From positions 21,465 through 85,464 of the forward strand of contig JAFAAV010000051.1 in the NCBI GenBank assembly GCA_023426375.1: a DNA stretch of 64,000 nucleotides, given 5' to 3'. This document shows, piece after piece, positions 1 through 9,306 of the stretch. A model generated the notes under the pieces. It was not told where the DNA came from and did no database searches. It saw only the letters and a program-made list of their open reading frames with translations. The translations under genes were made by a program, and so were the position numbers. The stretch comes from Actinomycetes bacterium (lineage in GTDB: Bacteria; Actinomycetota; Actinomycetes; Actinomycetales; Micrococcaceae). Each line of letters starts with the position of its first letter. Position 1 is the stretch's first letter.

Positions 1-731
1 AGAGCGCCGGGTGGCGGTGGACGATGGGCCTGGTGGTGCTCATCGGCGTGCTCAGCATGGCCGCCCTCGCCGTGCGTGCCCGTACTCTTCCGCAGCTCGA
101 CTCCGCTGCGGGCGAGCCCGCGTTCCGCGTGCTGCGATCGGGCAAGGTCAGCGTCGGGATCCTCGCTGCGTTCCTGCTCGGTGTCGCGAGCCTCGGGCTG
201 TACACCTACCTGCTGCCTATGGCCGAAGCACGAGGGCTCGCAGGCTGGGGCTTCGCTCTCGTCTGGGCCTGGGGCATCGGCGGCGTCACCGGCAGTGCGC
301 TCATCGGGAAGCCCCTGGATCGCTTCGGCGCGAAACCGTTCCTCATCACCCTGCCTGCCCTTCTCGGGCTGAGCTTCACGGCCGCGTGGCTCCTCTCCTC
401 ACCGATCGCATGGCTTCTCGCCGCCGCTGTCTGGGGCGCGGCCGGGTGGGCGAGCGTACCCACATTGCAACAAGCGCTCACGGCCGACCGGCCCCGACAG
501 GCCATGCCGATCATTGCGCTCCAGATGGCGGCCATGTACCTTGGCTCGGCCGCTGGTGCTGCGATTGGCAGCAGCCTGCTTGCCGCCGGGACTGACGCGG
601 CCGATCTCGCAGCCTGGGCACTCCTCCCGGCCGTACTCGCATTGGCACTGACCTCCTGGATCGCCTTCGCCAAGCTGCGCAGGTCGACGACTTCAGCAAG
701 GACGAGCGAAGACTGCACAGTCACGTGCTAG
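1..731 (+). CDS. MFS transporter, C-terminal half (gene begins upstream of window)
   Basis: Frame is open from the window edge to the stop at 729-731. About six hydrophobic helices and an MFS-like loop (LIGKPLDRFG). Confidence 0.7.
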   Translation, partial: SAGWRWTMGLVVLIGVLSMAALAVRARTLPQLDSAAGEPAFRVLRSGKVSVGILAAFLLGVASLGLYTYLLPMAEARGLAGWGFALVWAWGIGGVTGSALIGKPLDRFGAKPFLITLPALLGLSFTAAWLLSSPIAWLLAAAVWGAAGWASVPTLQQALTADRPRQAMPIIALQMAAMYLGSAAGAAIGSSLLAAGTDAADLAAWALLPAVLALALTSWIAFAKLRRSTTSARTSEDCTVTC

Positions 732-907
732 CACCGACGCTTCATTGAGAACCTAGACCTGCTCGACCGTGGTCCTGTACGTCGGGGAACATCTGCGACG
801 AGAGTGCAAGTCGATCAGTTTGCGCTGATCGACCTGACGAGTATCGAGACGCCGCGTGCATCGACCAACAGGATGGGTCTGTAGCCGCTGCGATGTACGA
901 GTGTTGG

Positions 908-1819
908 TCACATCCGGTGATCGGTGCCTATGGGGCGCATGGCCCGGTAGCGGCTCGGGCTGAGCCCGGTGTGCTCGACGAACGCTTCGGTCGCCCGGGA
1001 GCGGCTGGACCACCCGACCTGCCGGCCCGTGGCGGCGACGGGCAGATCAGTCTCGCGCAGCAGCCGCGCCATCTCCTGCACCCGCAGCATGGTGAGGTAG
1101 GCGATCGGTGTCTTGCCGTATGCGTCGGCGAACACTCGGCTCAGTTGTTGCGGGGAGAGTCGCACGGTCTCGGCCAGCTCACGCAACGTCCACGGATGCG
1201 CGACGCGTTCGTGGAGGGCCTCGCGCGCGAGCAGCGCTTCGCGGCGCAAAGGTGCGAACTGCCGGGTACGAGGCAAGACAGGGCGCGAGCGTGCCCGCTG
1301 CAAAGGCGTCAACCGCACCGGGGAGACGCGGACATAGGGAGTGACCACGTCCATGATCGCGAACCACAGTGCCTGCAGCCGATGGAATCGTCGCTGGAAC
1401 TGCCCGTCGAGGCTGAGGGCGACCATCTCGTCCAGCCACGCCATCATCATGCCTGTCCGGTCCTCACCGAGGCGCAGGATCTGCGCCGGGTCGGAGTACA
1501 CCTTTTCAGCGAAGCCCATTGCATCGAGCCGGTCGTGCAGGATGCCGGCGTGCTGCCAGAACGCCTGATCGATCACGTAGTCAGTGTCGGCGTAGATCGT
1601 GGTGATGGTGATGTGTTCTTCGGGCTCGGACCCGCACAGCACGTTCGGGCCGAGCAGGATCACGTCTCCTGGGCGCACGGGCTTCTGCCCGAACTCGCTG
1701 AACAAGACCGCGCTGCCGTCGCGGACGATGATGACCTTCACGCAGTCATACGCTTGTGGCCCGACCGGTCGGTGGACGGTCTGAGTGCGAGCGAGCAGCA
1801 TCTGATAGTCGCGCAGCAT
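908..1819 (-). CDS. AraC family transcriptional regulator
   Basis: C-terminal double-HTH AraC signature (LRELAETVRLSPQQLSRVFADAYGKTPIAYLTMLRV...GWSSRSRATEAFVEHTGLSPSRY). Start placed at ATG 1819 (MLRDYQ) rather than the longest ORF (1978). Confidence 0.85.
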   Translation of the reverse strand: MLRDYQMLLARTQTVHRPVGPQAYDCVKVIIVRDGSAVLFSEFGQKPVRPGDVILLGPNVLCGSEPEEHITITTIYADTDYVIDQAFWQHAGILHDRLDAMGFAEKVYSDPAQILRLGEDRTGMMMAWLDEMVALSLDGQFQRRFHRLQALWFAIMDVVTPYVRVSPVRLTPLQRARSRPVLPRTRQFAPLRREALLAREALHERVAHPWTLRELAETVRLSPQQLSRVFADAYGKTPIAYLTMLRVQEMARLLRETDLPVAATGRQVGWSSRSRATEAFVEHTGLSPSRYRAMRPIGTDHRM

Positions 1820-1827
1820 GGTTTCGC

Positions 1828-2193
1828 TCACGTGGCTGCTTGAATTTCGTGAGCATCGGGAAACAGAGTGCGGGCGTCGCGGATTCCGCAGCCCATCACG
1901 ACGTAGCTCAGACCGCGGGCACTGGCAACGACGCTGAGGAGCGCGACGCACGCCAAGACGGGGATGAAGAGCACCCACGGGAAGCCGTTGAACAAGAGGG
2001 CGGCGGAGGTGCCTTGGATGATGAGCGCGCGGGCAAGCAGTCGCCAGCGGGTCGTGGTGTGCGGAACCGGTGCGAGGTAGACGCTGCGCTGCCCGAGGGA
2101 GGCGCCGTCGGTGACGAACGCTGGAACGACGACGGTGGCCAGGGCAGTGAGGGCGTTAGGCTCAACCCTCACACCAATGTGAAGGCAAATCAT
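1828..2193 (-). CDS. Hypothetical small membrane protein
   Basis: C-terminal part of ORF 1828..2649. Three hydrophobic segments. Lies 8 nt upstream of the AraC gene and divergent from the MerR gene. The start (ATG 2193) is uncertain. Confidence 0.4.
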   Translation of the reverse strand: MICLHIGVRVEPNALTALATVVVPAFVTDGASLGQRSVYLAPVPHTTTRWRLLARALIIQGTSAALLFNGFPWVLFIPVLACVALLSVVASARGLSYVVMGCGIRDARTLFPDAHEIQAAT

Positions 2194-2214
2194 TCGGCAG
2201 GAGGCACAGCTCAC

Positions 2215-2577
2215 ATGCGCATCTCGGACGTCACCGACCGCACCGGCATCCCAGCCCGCCTCCTGCGCTACTACGAAGAACAAGACCTCCTTGTACCCGC
2301 ACGCAACGCCTCCGGGTATCGCGACTACAGCGACCAGGACGTCGAGGTCGCCCGGCGCATCCGGCAACTCCTCGACGCCGGGCTCAACACCGCGACCATC
2401 CGCAACGTGTTGCCCTGCCTCACCGAACGCGCCGGCCGGCTCGCCCCGATCTGCGCCGACACCATCGACGACCTCAAACACGAGCAGGCCCGCATCGAAG
2501 CTTCCATCGAAGCGCTCACCGCATCCCGAGACGCGATTCGCAGCGTCGTCGACGCGGGAGAGGCCGCTGCGGTCTGA
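2215..2577 (+). CDS. MerR family transcriptional regulator
   Basis: N-terminal MerR HTH (MRISDVTDRTGIPARLLRYYEEQDLLVPARNASGYRDYSDQDV). GGAGG lies about 10 nt upstream of ATG 2215. The longer ORF from 1756 was rejected. Confidence 0.85.
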   Translation: MRISDVTDRTGIPARLLRYYEEQDLLVPARNASGYRDYSDQDVEVARRIRQLLDAGLNTATIRNVLPCLTERAGRLAPICADTIDDLKHEQARIEASIEALTASRDAIRSVVDAGEAAAV

Positions 2578-2592
2578 CGCTCCTGAAGCTCG

Positions 2593-2620
2593 GCGGTAGA
2601 CCGAGAGCGGTAGACCGAGA
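2593..2620. repeat. Perfect 14-bp tandem duplication (gcggtagaccgaga x2)
   Basis: Read directly in the intergenic space between the convergent MerR and EamA genes. Confidence 0.9.
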
Positions 2621-2635
2621 TCAGAACCCCGATTT

Positions 2636-3550
2636 CTACGTGAGGTCAACTGATGTCTCGTCTCTTGTTTCCGTGGCGGATAGAAGCTTCGTTGGGCTTC
2701 CTGAGAACCAGACCAGGAGTGCTCCAGCGAGCATGACGATGAGGATGCCCGCGAGCGCGTTCACGGTAATGGTCTCGCCGAGGATGACGAACCCGATGAG
2801 AGCTCCCATCGCGGGGTCGATGGCGAACAAGGTGCCGATGATCCGCGCCGAGGTGATCCGGCCGGCGATCGTGTCCACCGAGTACGGGATCACGACACCG
2901 ACCACCGCCGCGAGCACGAGGAGCCCCCAGTGCGCGGCCGTGACATCGGGGATGCGGGTGATCGCGAACGGGAGGGTCAGGATCGCAGCGACGCTGACGG
3001 AGAGGGCGAGTCCGTCGAGTCCGTTGCCGGCCTTGCCCACCCGTGCCGCGAACAGCGTGTAAAGGCCGAAGAACAGGGCCGCTGAGAGGCCGGCGAGGTA
3101 GCCGACGAGATCGAAGTACCCGGCAGGGCCGGCGGAGATCAGGGCGACCCCACCCAAGGACAGCAGCGCGCAGGCGCCCTCTTTGATTCTTCGGGAGGCC
3201 ATCAGTGCGACCGCGCAGGGGCCGAGAAATTCGAGGGTGACCGCGATGCCCAGTGGGAGGCGTTCGATCGCGACGTAGAGGCTGATGTTCATGGCCGCCA
3301 TCGCCGCCCCGTAGACGATGATGCCCGCCCACTCGGTGCCGGAACGGCGGCGCAGACTCGGGCGCAGCACCACCAGCAACACGAGGGCGGCGATCACCAT
3401 CCGTAGGGCGCTGGTGCCAACCGTGCCGTAGGAGGCGAACAGGGTCGACGAGATCGCCGACGAGGTCTGGATGCCGGCGGAGCCGAGAAAGATCAACCCC
3501 GCAGCGGCCAGCACCTGTTTCCGCGCCAACGGTGGCGCCGATACGACCAT
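2636..3550 (-). CDS. EamA/DMT family transporter
   Basis: About 10 TM helices in a two-repeat EamA-like pattern (…LRMVIAALVLL…, …PYSVDTIAGRITSARIIGTLFAIDP…). Start set at ATG 3550 (MVVSAPP); the Arg/Pro-rich upstream extension of the ORF was rejected. Confidence 0.8.
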   Translation of the reverse strand: MVVSAPPLARKQVLAAAGLIFLGSAGIQTSSAISSTLFASYGTVGTSALRMVIAALVLLVVLRPSLRRRSGTEWAGIIVYGAAMAAMNISLYVAIERLPLGIAVTLEFLGPCAVALMASRRIKEGACALLSLGGVALISAGPAGYFDLVGYLAGLSAALFFGLYTLFAARVGKAGNGLDGLALSVSVAAILTLPFAITRIPDVTAAHWGLLVLAAVVGVVIPYSVDTIAGRITSARIIGTLFAIDPAMGALIGFVILGETITVNALAGILIVMLAGALLVWFSGSPTKLLSATETRDETSVDLT

Positions 3551-3644
3551 CAGGTCAATGCTCCGAGAATGACCTGCCGCCGTCGTATCGCGGCGGCGAA
3601 GCGGGTACTCGTGCGTCTCATGGGTGCTCCTTTCGGTATGCGGT

Positions 3645-4268
3645 CTATTCGCCAGATCCGTGGCCGCCATCGAGATGTCGCGATTGCCGACCACTGCCGG
3701 GCGCCTCGGGTGCCGGCTCGACTGCCGTGGATGTGTGCGTTGATGCCTGCGGTTGTTTCGACTGCATCGCGAGCACGACGGCCGCGAGGACGGCGAGCCC
3801 GGCCCCGGTCCACATCGCCGTGGCCGGATCGTCACCGGCGAGTCCGATCACCAGCGCACTGATGGCGGTGCCGACCATGACGCCGGAGGTGATGACCGCG
3901 GTGTGCACGGTCGAGACGAGGTTGCCCGAGCCACCGACCTCCACCACGCGGGTGATCAGAGCCGGATTCATCGTCACCCCAACCAAGCCGATGACCAACA
4001 CGAACGGCAGCGTGACCGCGGGCAGGTCGTTGAACAGGCCGAGGATCACCAGGGCGATGAACACGAGAGCGTGGCCCAGCCGCAGGACGGCGACGGCGTG
4101 CCGGTCGGCGAAGCGGCCGACGATGAGGTTGCCGATGACCGTGCACACCCCGTAGGCCAGCAGGATCAACGTGACAGCCCCGGCAGAAAAACCAGCGTTC
4201 TGCTCCAGCAGCGGTGTGAAGTAGGAGAACGCGCCGTAGGTCGCCCCGCTGAGGTCATGGGCAAGGAT
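3645..4268 (-). pseudogene. MFS transporter fragment (C-terminal half only)
   Basis: Frame is open only from the in-frame stop at 4269-4271. It encodes …GATYGAFSYFTPLLEQNAGFSAGAVTLILLAYGVCTVIGNLIVGRFADRH… plus about 5 further TM helices. No N-terminal six-helix half is present; wrbA begins 18 nt upstream. Confidence 0.6.
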
Positions 4269-4285
4269 TCATGTGATCGCCCTGT

Positions 4286-4900
4286 TCAGCTCGATGCGGT
4301 GCGCGTCGGCCGGAGGGCGTCGGCAAGAGTGACGATCCTGCCCGCCTGGTAGCGGGCGAGGCTCAGGACGTCGCCGTTGGGCGGGCCGTCTCCGACGATC
4401 GCGCTGACTCCGTAGGGGTTGCCTCCGGCGGCGTGGGAGAGGTCGTAGTCCACGTATCCAGTGGGCACGATGATCGATCCCCAGTGGAACAGCGTGTGGT
4501 ACATCGCTAGCAGGGTGGCCTCCTGCCCGCCGTGGCGTTCGTCGCTGCTGGTGAACCCGGTCGCGGGCTTGCCCGCGAGGTGCCCGGCGCTCCATGCGCC
4601 GCTGGTGGTGTCCATGAACTGCTTCATCTGCGCGGCGGGCTGACCGAACCGCGTCGGCGCTCCGATGACGAGCCCGTCGGCCCATACGAGATCGTCGGGG
4701 GTGGCGACCTCGATGTGCTCGGTCGCACGCAGGTGCGCCGACCACTCAGGATTCCGCTCGATCACTGCCGCCGGCGCGAGTTCCGCAACCCGGCGCAGCC
4801 GCACCTCAGCACCCGCCTCAGATGCTCCGGTGGCGAATGCCTCGGCGATGGTGTGGTTCGCCCCGGTGGACGAGTAGTAGATGACGGCGATGCGTGCCAT
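4286..4900 (-). CDS. wrbA: NAD(P)H:quinone oxidoreductase, WrbA-type flavodoxin
   Basis: MARIAVIYYSSTGANHTIAEA… flavodoxin-like N-terminus plus …LVIGAPTRFG… and …GGQEATLLAMYHTLFHWG… motifs typical of WrbA. Confidence 0.85.
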   Translation of the reverse strand: MARIAVIYYSSTGANHTIAEAFATGASEAGAEVRLRRVAELAPAAVIERNPEWSAHLRATEHIEVATPDDLVWADGLVIGAPTRFGQPAAQMKQFMDTTSGAWSAGHLAGKPATGFTSSDERHGGQEATLLAMYHTLFHWGSIIVPTGYVDYDLSHAAGGNPYGVSAIVGDGPPNGDVLSLARYQAGRIVTLADALRPTRTASS

Positions 4901-4976
4901 GCCTGACCTCCTGCATTAGTAGAACGGGATTGCACTATATCATGCTGTAAAGTGTGGCTGGAGGAGGTGATGGCCG

Positions 4977-5591
4977 GTGGCAGCCAAGGGCAGACCCAGA
5001 GACGAGGCGGCGCGGGAGCGCATCGTTGCTGCGGCCACGGCACTGTTCGTGCGCGACGGGTACGTGGCGACCACGATCGGCGCGATCGCAGAGCAGGCAC
5101 AGGTGGCGGTCAAAACGATTTACGCCGCCTATGGCAACAAGCTCGGCGTCCTCTCCGCCGCCCACGACCGGGCCGTCCTGGGAGGCAGTGAGCCGATACC
5201 GTTGCTCGAACACCCTTGGGTTCGGGCACTTGTCGAGACCGAATCAGCACTGGTGGCCTGGACTGAGGCGGCGAGCAGACTGGCCGAGTCCACTGCACGA
5301 GTCGCGCCCGTCCTGACAGTGATCCACCAAGCCGCCGCCGATCCCGGAGTCGCCGATCTCCTGGCCGATCTGCGACGGCAGCGCCACGCGTTCAGCCTCG
5401 GCCTCGCCCGCATCCTGCTCGACTTGCCGGGCGCTTCACCCAAGGTCACCGGTCGCGTCGCGGATGTCATCTACGCGACCATGACAGTCGAGTCCTACAC
5501 GCTGTTCGTCACCGAACGAGGATGGGCGCTCGACCAATGGCGCAACTGGGCGCACGACACCGTCGCGCGAGAAATTGCCGCGGGCCTGTGA
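4977..5591 (+). CDS. TetR family transcriptional regulator
   Basis: N-terminal TetR HTH (RERIVAAATALFVRDGYVATTIGAIAEQAQVAVKTIYAAYGNK). GTG start with GGAGGAGG 8 nt upstream. Divergent from wrbA. Confidence 0.85.
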   Translation: MAAKGRPRDEAARERIVAAATALFVRDGYVATTIGAIAEQAQVAVKTIYAAYGNKLGVLSAAHDRAVLGGSEPIPLLEHPWVRALVETESALVAWTEAASRLAESTARVAPVLTVIHQAAADPGVADLLADLRRQRHAFSLGLARILLDLPGASPKVTGRVADVIYATMTVESYTLFVTERGWALDQWRNWAHDTVAREIAAGL

Positions 5592-5659
5592 TCTGAGGTC
5601 ACCCCCGCTCCGCGGAGAGGAGCCATGCGTGGCGGACTGAGAGCAACAAACGTACGATT

Positions 5660-5693
5660 CTACGCCGAGTGAAGAACCCCGTCCTCGGCGTAG
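5660..5693 (+). promoter_or_regulatory. Candidate oriT-type inverted repeat upstream of relaxase gene
   Basis: Perfect 10-bp arms ctacgccgag / ctcggcgtag separated by 14 nt, 39 nt upstream of the relaxase start. Function is inferred from position only. Confidence 0.25.
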
Positions 5694-5731
5694 CCGCGTA
5701 GTGCAGCATCTCGGGCGCTCACCTGCTAGGT

Positions 5732-8700
5732 ATGACGGTCTCGATGCGGGTAATGAGCGCCGGCGACGGCTACGAGTACCTGCTGCGCACCGTCGCCGCC
5801 GGCGATGGCGACCGGGACCTATCCACTCCGTTGACGAGGTATTACAAGGAGGAGGGAACACCTCCCGGCTTTTGGATGGGGTCGGGCCTGCCATACCTCG
5901 GCACAGGTGAGCTCACCGAGGGCGGGCAGGTCTCCGAGGCGCAGCTCCAGCTGCTGGTCGGGATGGGCCGTGACCCGATCACGGGTGAGCCGCTGGGTGA
6001 GGCGTACCGGCAGTACGCGAGCGTGCAGGAGCGCGTCGACCGTCGGGTCGCCGACCTCGACCCGGTGCTGGGGCCGGTGTCGCGTGCGGAGCAGGTCGCG
6101 GCGATCGAGTCGGAGGAATCCGAGCGTGGCACCCGTCGCGCGGTCGCGGGCTACGATCTGACGTTCTCGGTGCCGAAGTCTCTGTCGGCGTGGTGGGGTG
6201 TCGCGGATGCGGGCACGCAATCGCTGATTGCGGATGCGCAGCATCAGGCGGTCGCGGAGGTGGTTGCGTTCCTCGAACGCGAGGTTGCGACCACCCGCGT
6301 CGGCGCCGCCAGCCCCGAAGGCGCGGTCGCGCATGTCGATGTCGCCGGCGTCCTGGCGACCGCGTTCGACCACTACGACTCGCGCAGTGGCGATCCGCAG
6401 TTGCACACCCACGTCGTGGTCAGCAACAAGGTGCTGACGGTGCAGGACCAGAAGTGGCGGACCCTGGCGGGACGGCCCGTGCACGCCTCGATCGTTGCGC
6501 TGTCAGAGCTGTACAACGCGACTCTCGCGGACCGCATCACCGGGGTGTTCGGGATCGAATGGGAGGCCAGGGAGCGGGGCCGGGATCGGAACCCGGCGTG
6601 GGAACTCGCCCCGGTGCCCGACGAGCTGATCTCGGAGTTCTCGTCGCGGTCGCGGCAGATCGAGGAGGAGAAGACCCGCCTGATCGACGCCTACCGTGAG
6701 AAGCATGGCCGTGAGCCGTCGGCGACGACCGTGCTCAAGCTCCGCGCCCAGGCGACCCTGGCGACCCGTCCGGAGAAGCGGGTGCAGTCGCTCGCTGCCC
6801 TCACTGCCAACTGGCGCCACCGCGCCGGTGAGGTTCTGGGCGAGGACGCGACCGGCTGGGCGCGCACCCTCACCACCGCGGCCGGGGAGCAGACGGCCTT
6901 GCTGCGGGCCGATGATGTGCCCTTGGATACCATCACCGACCTCGGCCGGTCCGTCGTGGCGGCGGTGGGTGAGAAGCGGTCGACGTGGCGGCGCTGGAAC
7001 CTGCACGCCGAGGCGAGCCGGCAGCTCATGGAGGTGCGGTTCGCGTCGGCGGAGGATCGGGAGGCGGTCACCGGGATGGTCACCGACGCTGCCGAGCAGG
7101 CGTCGCTGCGGTTGACGCCGCCGGAGCTGGCGTCGAGCCCGCTGCTGTTCCGCCGCCCCGATGGATCGAGCCGCTTCCGCCACCCCGGCGCGGTGCTGTA
7201 TTCGACCGAAGAGCTGCTGGCGGCGGAAGACCGGCTCATCGACCGTTCCCACGCGACGACCGGGCCGACCGTGGAGCTGGCCACCGTCGAGCGGATCACC
7301 AGCAAACCGGATGCGGAGGGCCGCCGGCTCGGCCCCGATCAGGCCGATGCCCTTCAGCGGATCGCCGTGTCGGGCCGGGTCGTGGACGTGCTCGTCGGGC
7401 CGGCAGGTGCGGGGAAGACGACGGCGATGAGGGCGTTGAAGCGGGCCTGGGAGAAGCAGCACGGCGTAGGCAGCGTGGTGGGATTGGCGCCGTCGGAGAA
7501 TGCGGCGCAGGTGCTCGGCGAGGAGCTGGGGATCGAGACGGAGAACACGGCCCGCTGGTGGCAGATGCACCTCCTGCACGGGAGCACGTTCGAGAAGGAT
7601 CAGCTCGTGATCCTCGATGAGGCCTCGCTGGCCGGCACCGGCTCGCTCGATCGCATCACCGGCCTCGCCGAGCAAGCCGGCGCGAAAGTGCTGCTCGTGG
7701 GCGACTGGTCGCAACTCCAAGCCGTGGATGCGGGCGGGGCGTTCGGGATGCTCGTCCACGACCGCGACGACGCCCCCGAACTGATCGATGTGCACCGGTT
7801 CACGCAGGCGTGGGAGAAGGCCAACTCGCTGGCCCTGCGGCACGGGCGCACCCCGGCGATCGACACGCTCATCGAGCACGACAGGGTGCGCGGCGGGGAA
7901 CAGTACGCGATGGTCGATGCCGCCTACACCGCCTGGCGGGCCGACGTGCAAGCGGGGTGGGCGTCGATCCTCGTCGCCGAAACCCGCGAGACCGTCACCC
8001 AGCTCAACGAGCGGGCCCGCGCCGACCTCATCCTCGACCGCACGATCACCCCCAGCCGAGAAGTCACCCTGCACGACGGCACCCAGGCGTGCAAGGGTGA
8101 CCGGGTCATCACAAGGGAGAACGACCGGCGGCTGCGGTCGAAGAACGGCAAGAACTGGGTGCGCAACGGCGACCGCTGGACCATCACCGCCGTTTCCAGC
8201 GATGGGTCGATCACCGTCCGCCCCGCCGGACGACGCTTCGGCGGCTCACTGGTGCTCCCCGCCGCCTACGTCGCCGAACAGGTCGAGCTCGGGTATGCGA
8301 TCACCGGGCACCGCGCCCAGGGCGTCACGGTCGACACCGCGCACACGGTCGTGACGGCGACGACGACGCGGGAGAACTTCTACGTCGCGATGACCCGCGG
8401 CCGGCACGGGAACTATGCCTACGTCGCCACCGACACCACAGACGACGCGCATGTCGCCCCGCACCCCTCCGACAACCCCGACGCCACCGCCCGGTCCGTC
8501 CTGTACGGGGTGCTCCAGCACGTCGGCGCCGAGCTGTCCGCGCAGGAGACCGTCACCGCCGAGCAGGAGCGCTGGGGGTCCATCGCTCAGTTGGTGGCGG
8601 AGTACGAGACCATCGCCCAAGCCGGCCAGCACGACCGCTGGGCCACCCTCCTCGAAACCTCCGGCCTCACCGAGGGGCAGGTCGATCTCGTGCTCGGCTC

Positions 8701-9298
8701 CGACGCCTACGGTGCCCTGTCCGCGGAGCTGCGCCGCGCCGAGGCCAACCATCACGACCTCGATGAGTTGTTCCCGCGGCTCGTGGCGGCGCGGGACTTC
8801 GCCGATGCCGACGACATCGCCTCGGTCCTGCACCACCGCCTTGCCCGCGCTACCGCCCGCCCCGCCGGGTCCGGACGCACCCGCCGGTCACCGCGGCTGA
8901 TCGCCGGGCTCATCCCGTATGCCTCCGGCGTCACCGACCCCGAGATGCACCACGCCCTCACCGAACGCGAAGAGCTCATCGAGCACCGCGCATCCGCGGT
9001 CCTCGACCGCGACCTGAACGAGGGAGAACCATGGACGGCCGCGCTCGGAACCAAGCCAGCAGACGCACGCACGGCGCAGCGATGGCGGCAAGCAGGCCGG
9101 GTCGTCGCCGCCTATCGCGACCGGTACCAGATCACCGACGACACCCCGCTCGGCCCAGGGCCCGGGTCGGATGCGCAGAAACTCGACGCCGCCCGCGCCA
9201 CCGCCGCGCTCACCCGGGCCCAGCAGCTCAGCCGCCACACCCCGAACACCGAGCAGCCGGACCTCACCATGGAGGCCCGGCAGGGCCGCACGCTCTGA
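5732..9298 (+). CDS. MobF-family conjugative relaxase/helicase (TrwC/TraA-like)
   Basis: N-terminal TrwC relaxase features (MSAGDGYEYLL; His triad …GDPQLHTHVVVSN). Central SF1 helicase motifs (VLVGPAGAGKTT, LVILDEASL, VGDWSQLQAV, ITGHRAQGVTVD). 1188 aa. Confidence 0.9.
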   Translation: MTVSMRVMSAGDGYEYLLRTVAAGDGDRDLSTPLTRYYKEEGTPPGFWMGSGLPYLGTGELTEGGQVSEAQLQLLVGMGRDPITGEPLGEAYRQYASVQERVDRRVADLDPVLGPVSRAEQVAAIESEESERGTRRAVAGYDLTFSVPKSLSAWWGVADAGTQSLIADAQHQAVAEVVAFLEREVATTRVGAASPEGAVAHVDVAGVLATAFDHYDSRSGDPQLHTHVVVSNKVLTVQDQKWRTLAGRPVHASIVALSELYNATLADRITGVFGIEWEARERGRDRNPAWELAPVPDELISEFSSRSRQIEEEKTRLIDAYREKHGREPSATTVLKLRAQATLATRPEKRVQSLAALTANWRHRAGEVLGEDATGWARTLTTAAGEQTALLRADDVPLDTITDLGRSVVAAVGEKRSTWRRWNLHAEASRQLMEVRFASAEDREAVTGMVTDAAEQASLRLTPPELASSPLLFRRPDGSSRFRHPGAVLYSTEELLAAEDRLIDRSHATTGPTVELATVERITSKPDAEGRRLGPDQADALQRIAVSGRVVDVLVGPAGAGKTTAMRALKRAWEKQHGVGSVVGLAPSENAAQVLGEELGIETENTARWWQMHLLHGSTFEKDQLVILDEASLAGTGSLDRITGLAEQAGAKVLLVGDWSQLQAVDAGGAFGMLVHDRDDAPELIDVHRFTQAWEKANSLALRHGRTPAIDTLIEHDRVRGGEQYAMVDAAYTAWRADVQAGWASILVAETRETVTQLNERARADLILDRTITPSREVTLHDGTQACKGDRVITRENDRRLRSKNGKNWVRNGDRWTITAVSSDGSITVRPAGRRFGGSLVLPAAYVAEQVELGYAITGHRAQGVTVDTAHTVVTATTTRENFYVAMTRGRHGNYAYVATDTTDDAHVAPHPSDNPDATARSVLYGVLQHVGAELSAQETVTAEQERWGSIAQLVAEYETIAQAGQHDRWATLLETSGLTEGQVDLVLGSDAYGALSAELRRAEANHHDLDELFPRLVAARDFADADDIASVLHHRLARATARPAGSGRTRRSPRLIAGLIPYASGVTDPEMHHALTEREELIEHRASAVLDRDLNEGEPWTAALGTKPADARTAQRWRQAGRVVAAYRDRYQITDDTPLGPGPGSDAQKLDAARATAALTRAQQLSRHTPNTEQPDLTMEARQGRTL

Positions 9299-9306
9299 CC
9301 CGCGGA

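Noticed and set aside
6503-8074. 523-aa ORF on the minus strand inside the relaxase gene
   Set aside because: It is antisense to a well-supported CDS. The product is Arg/Gly/Pro-rich low-complexity, typical of spurious ORFs in >70% GC DNA.
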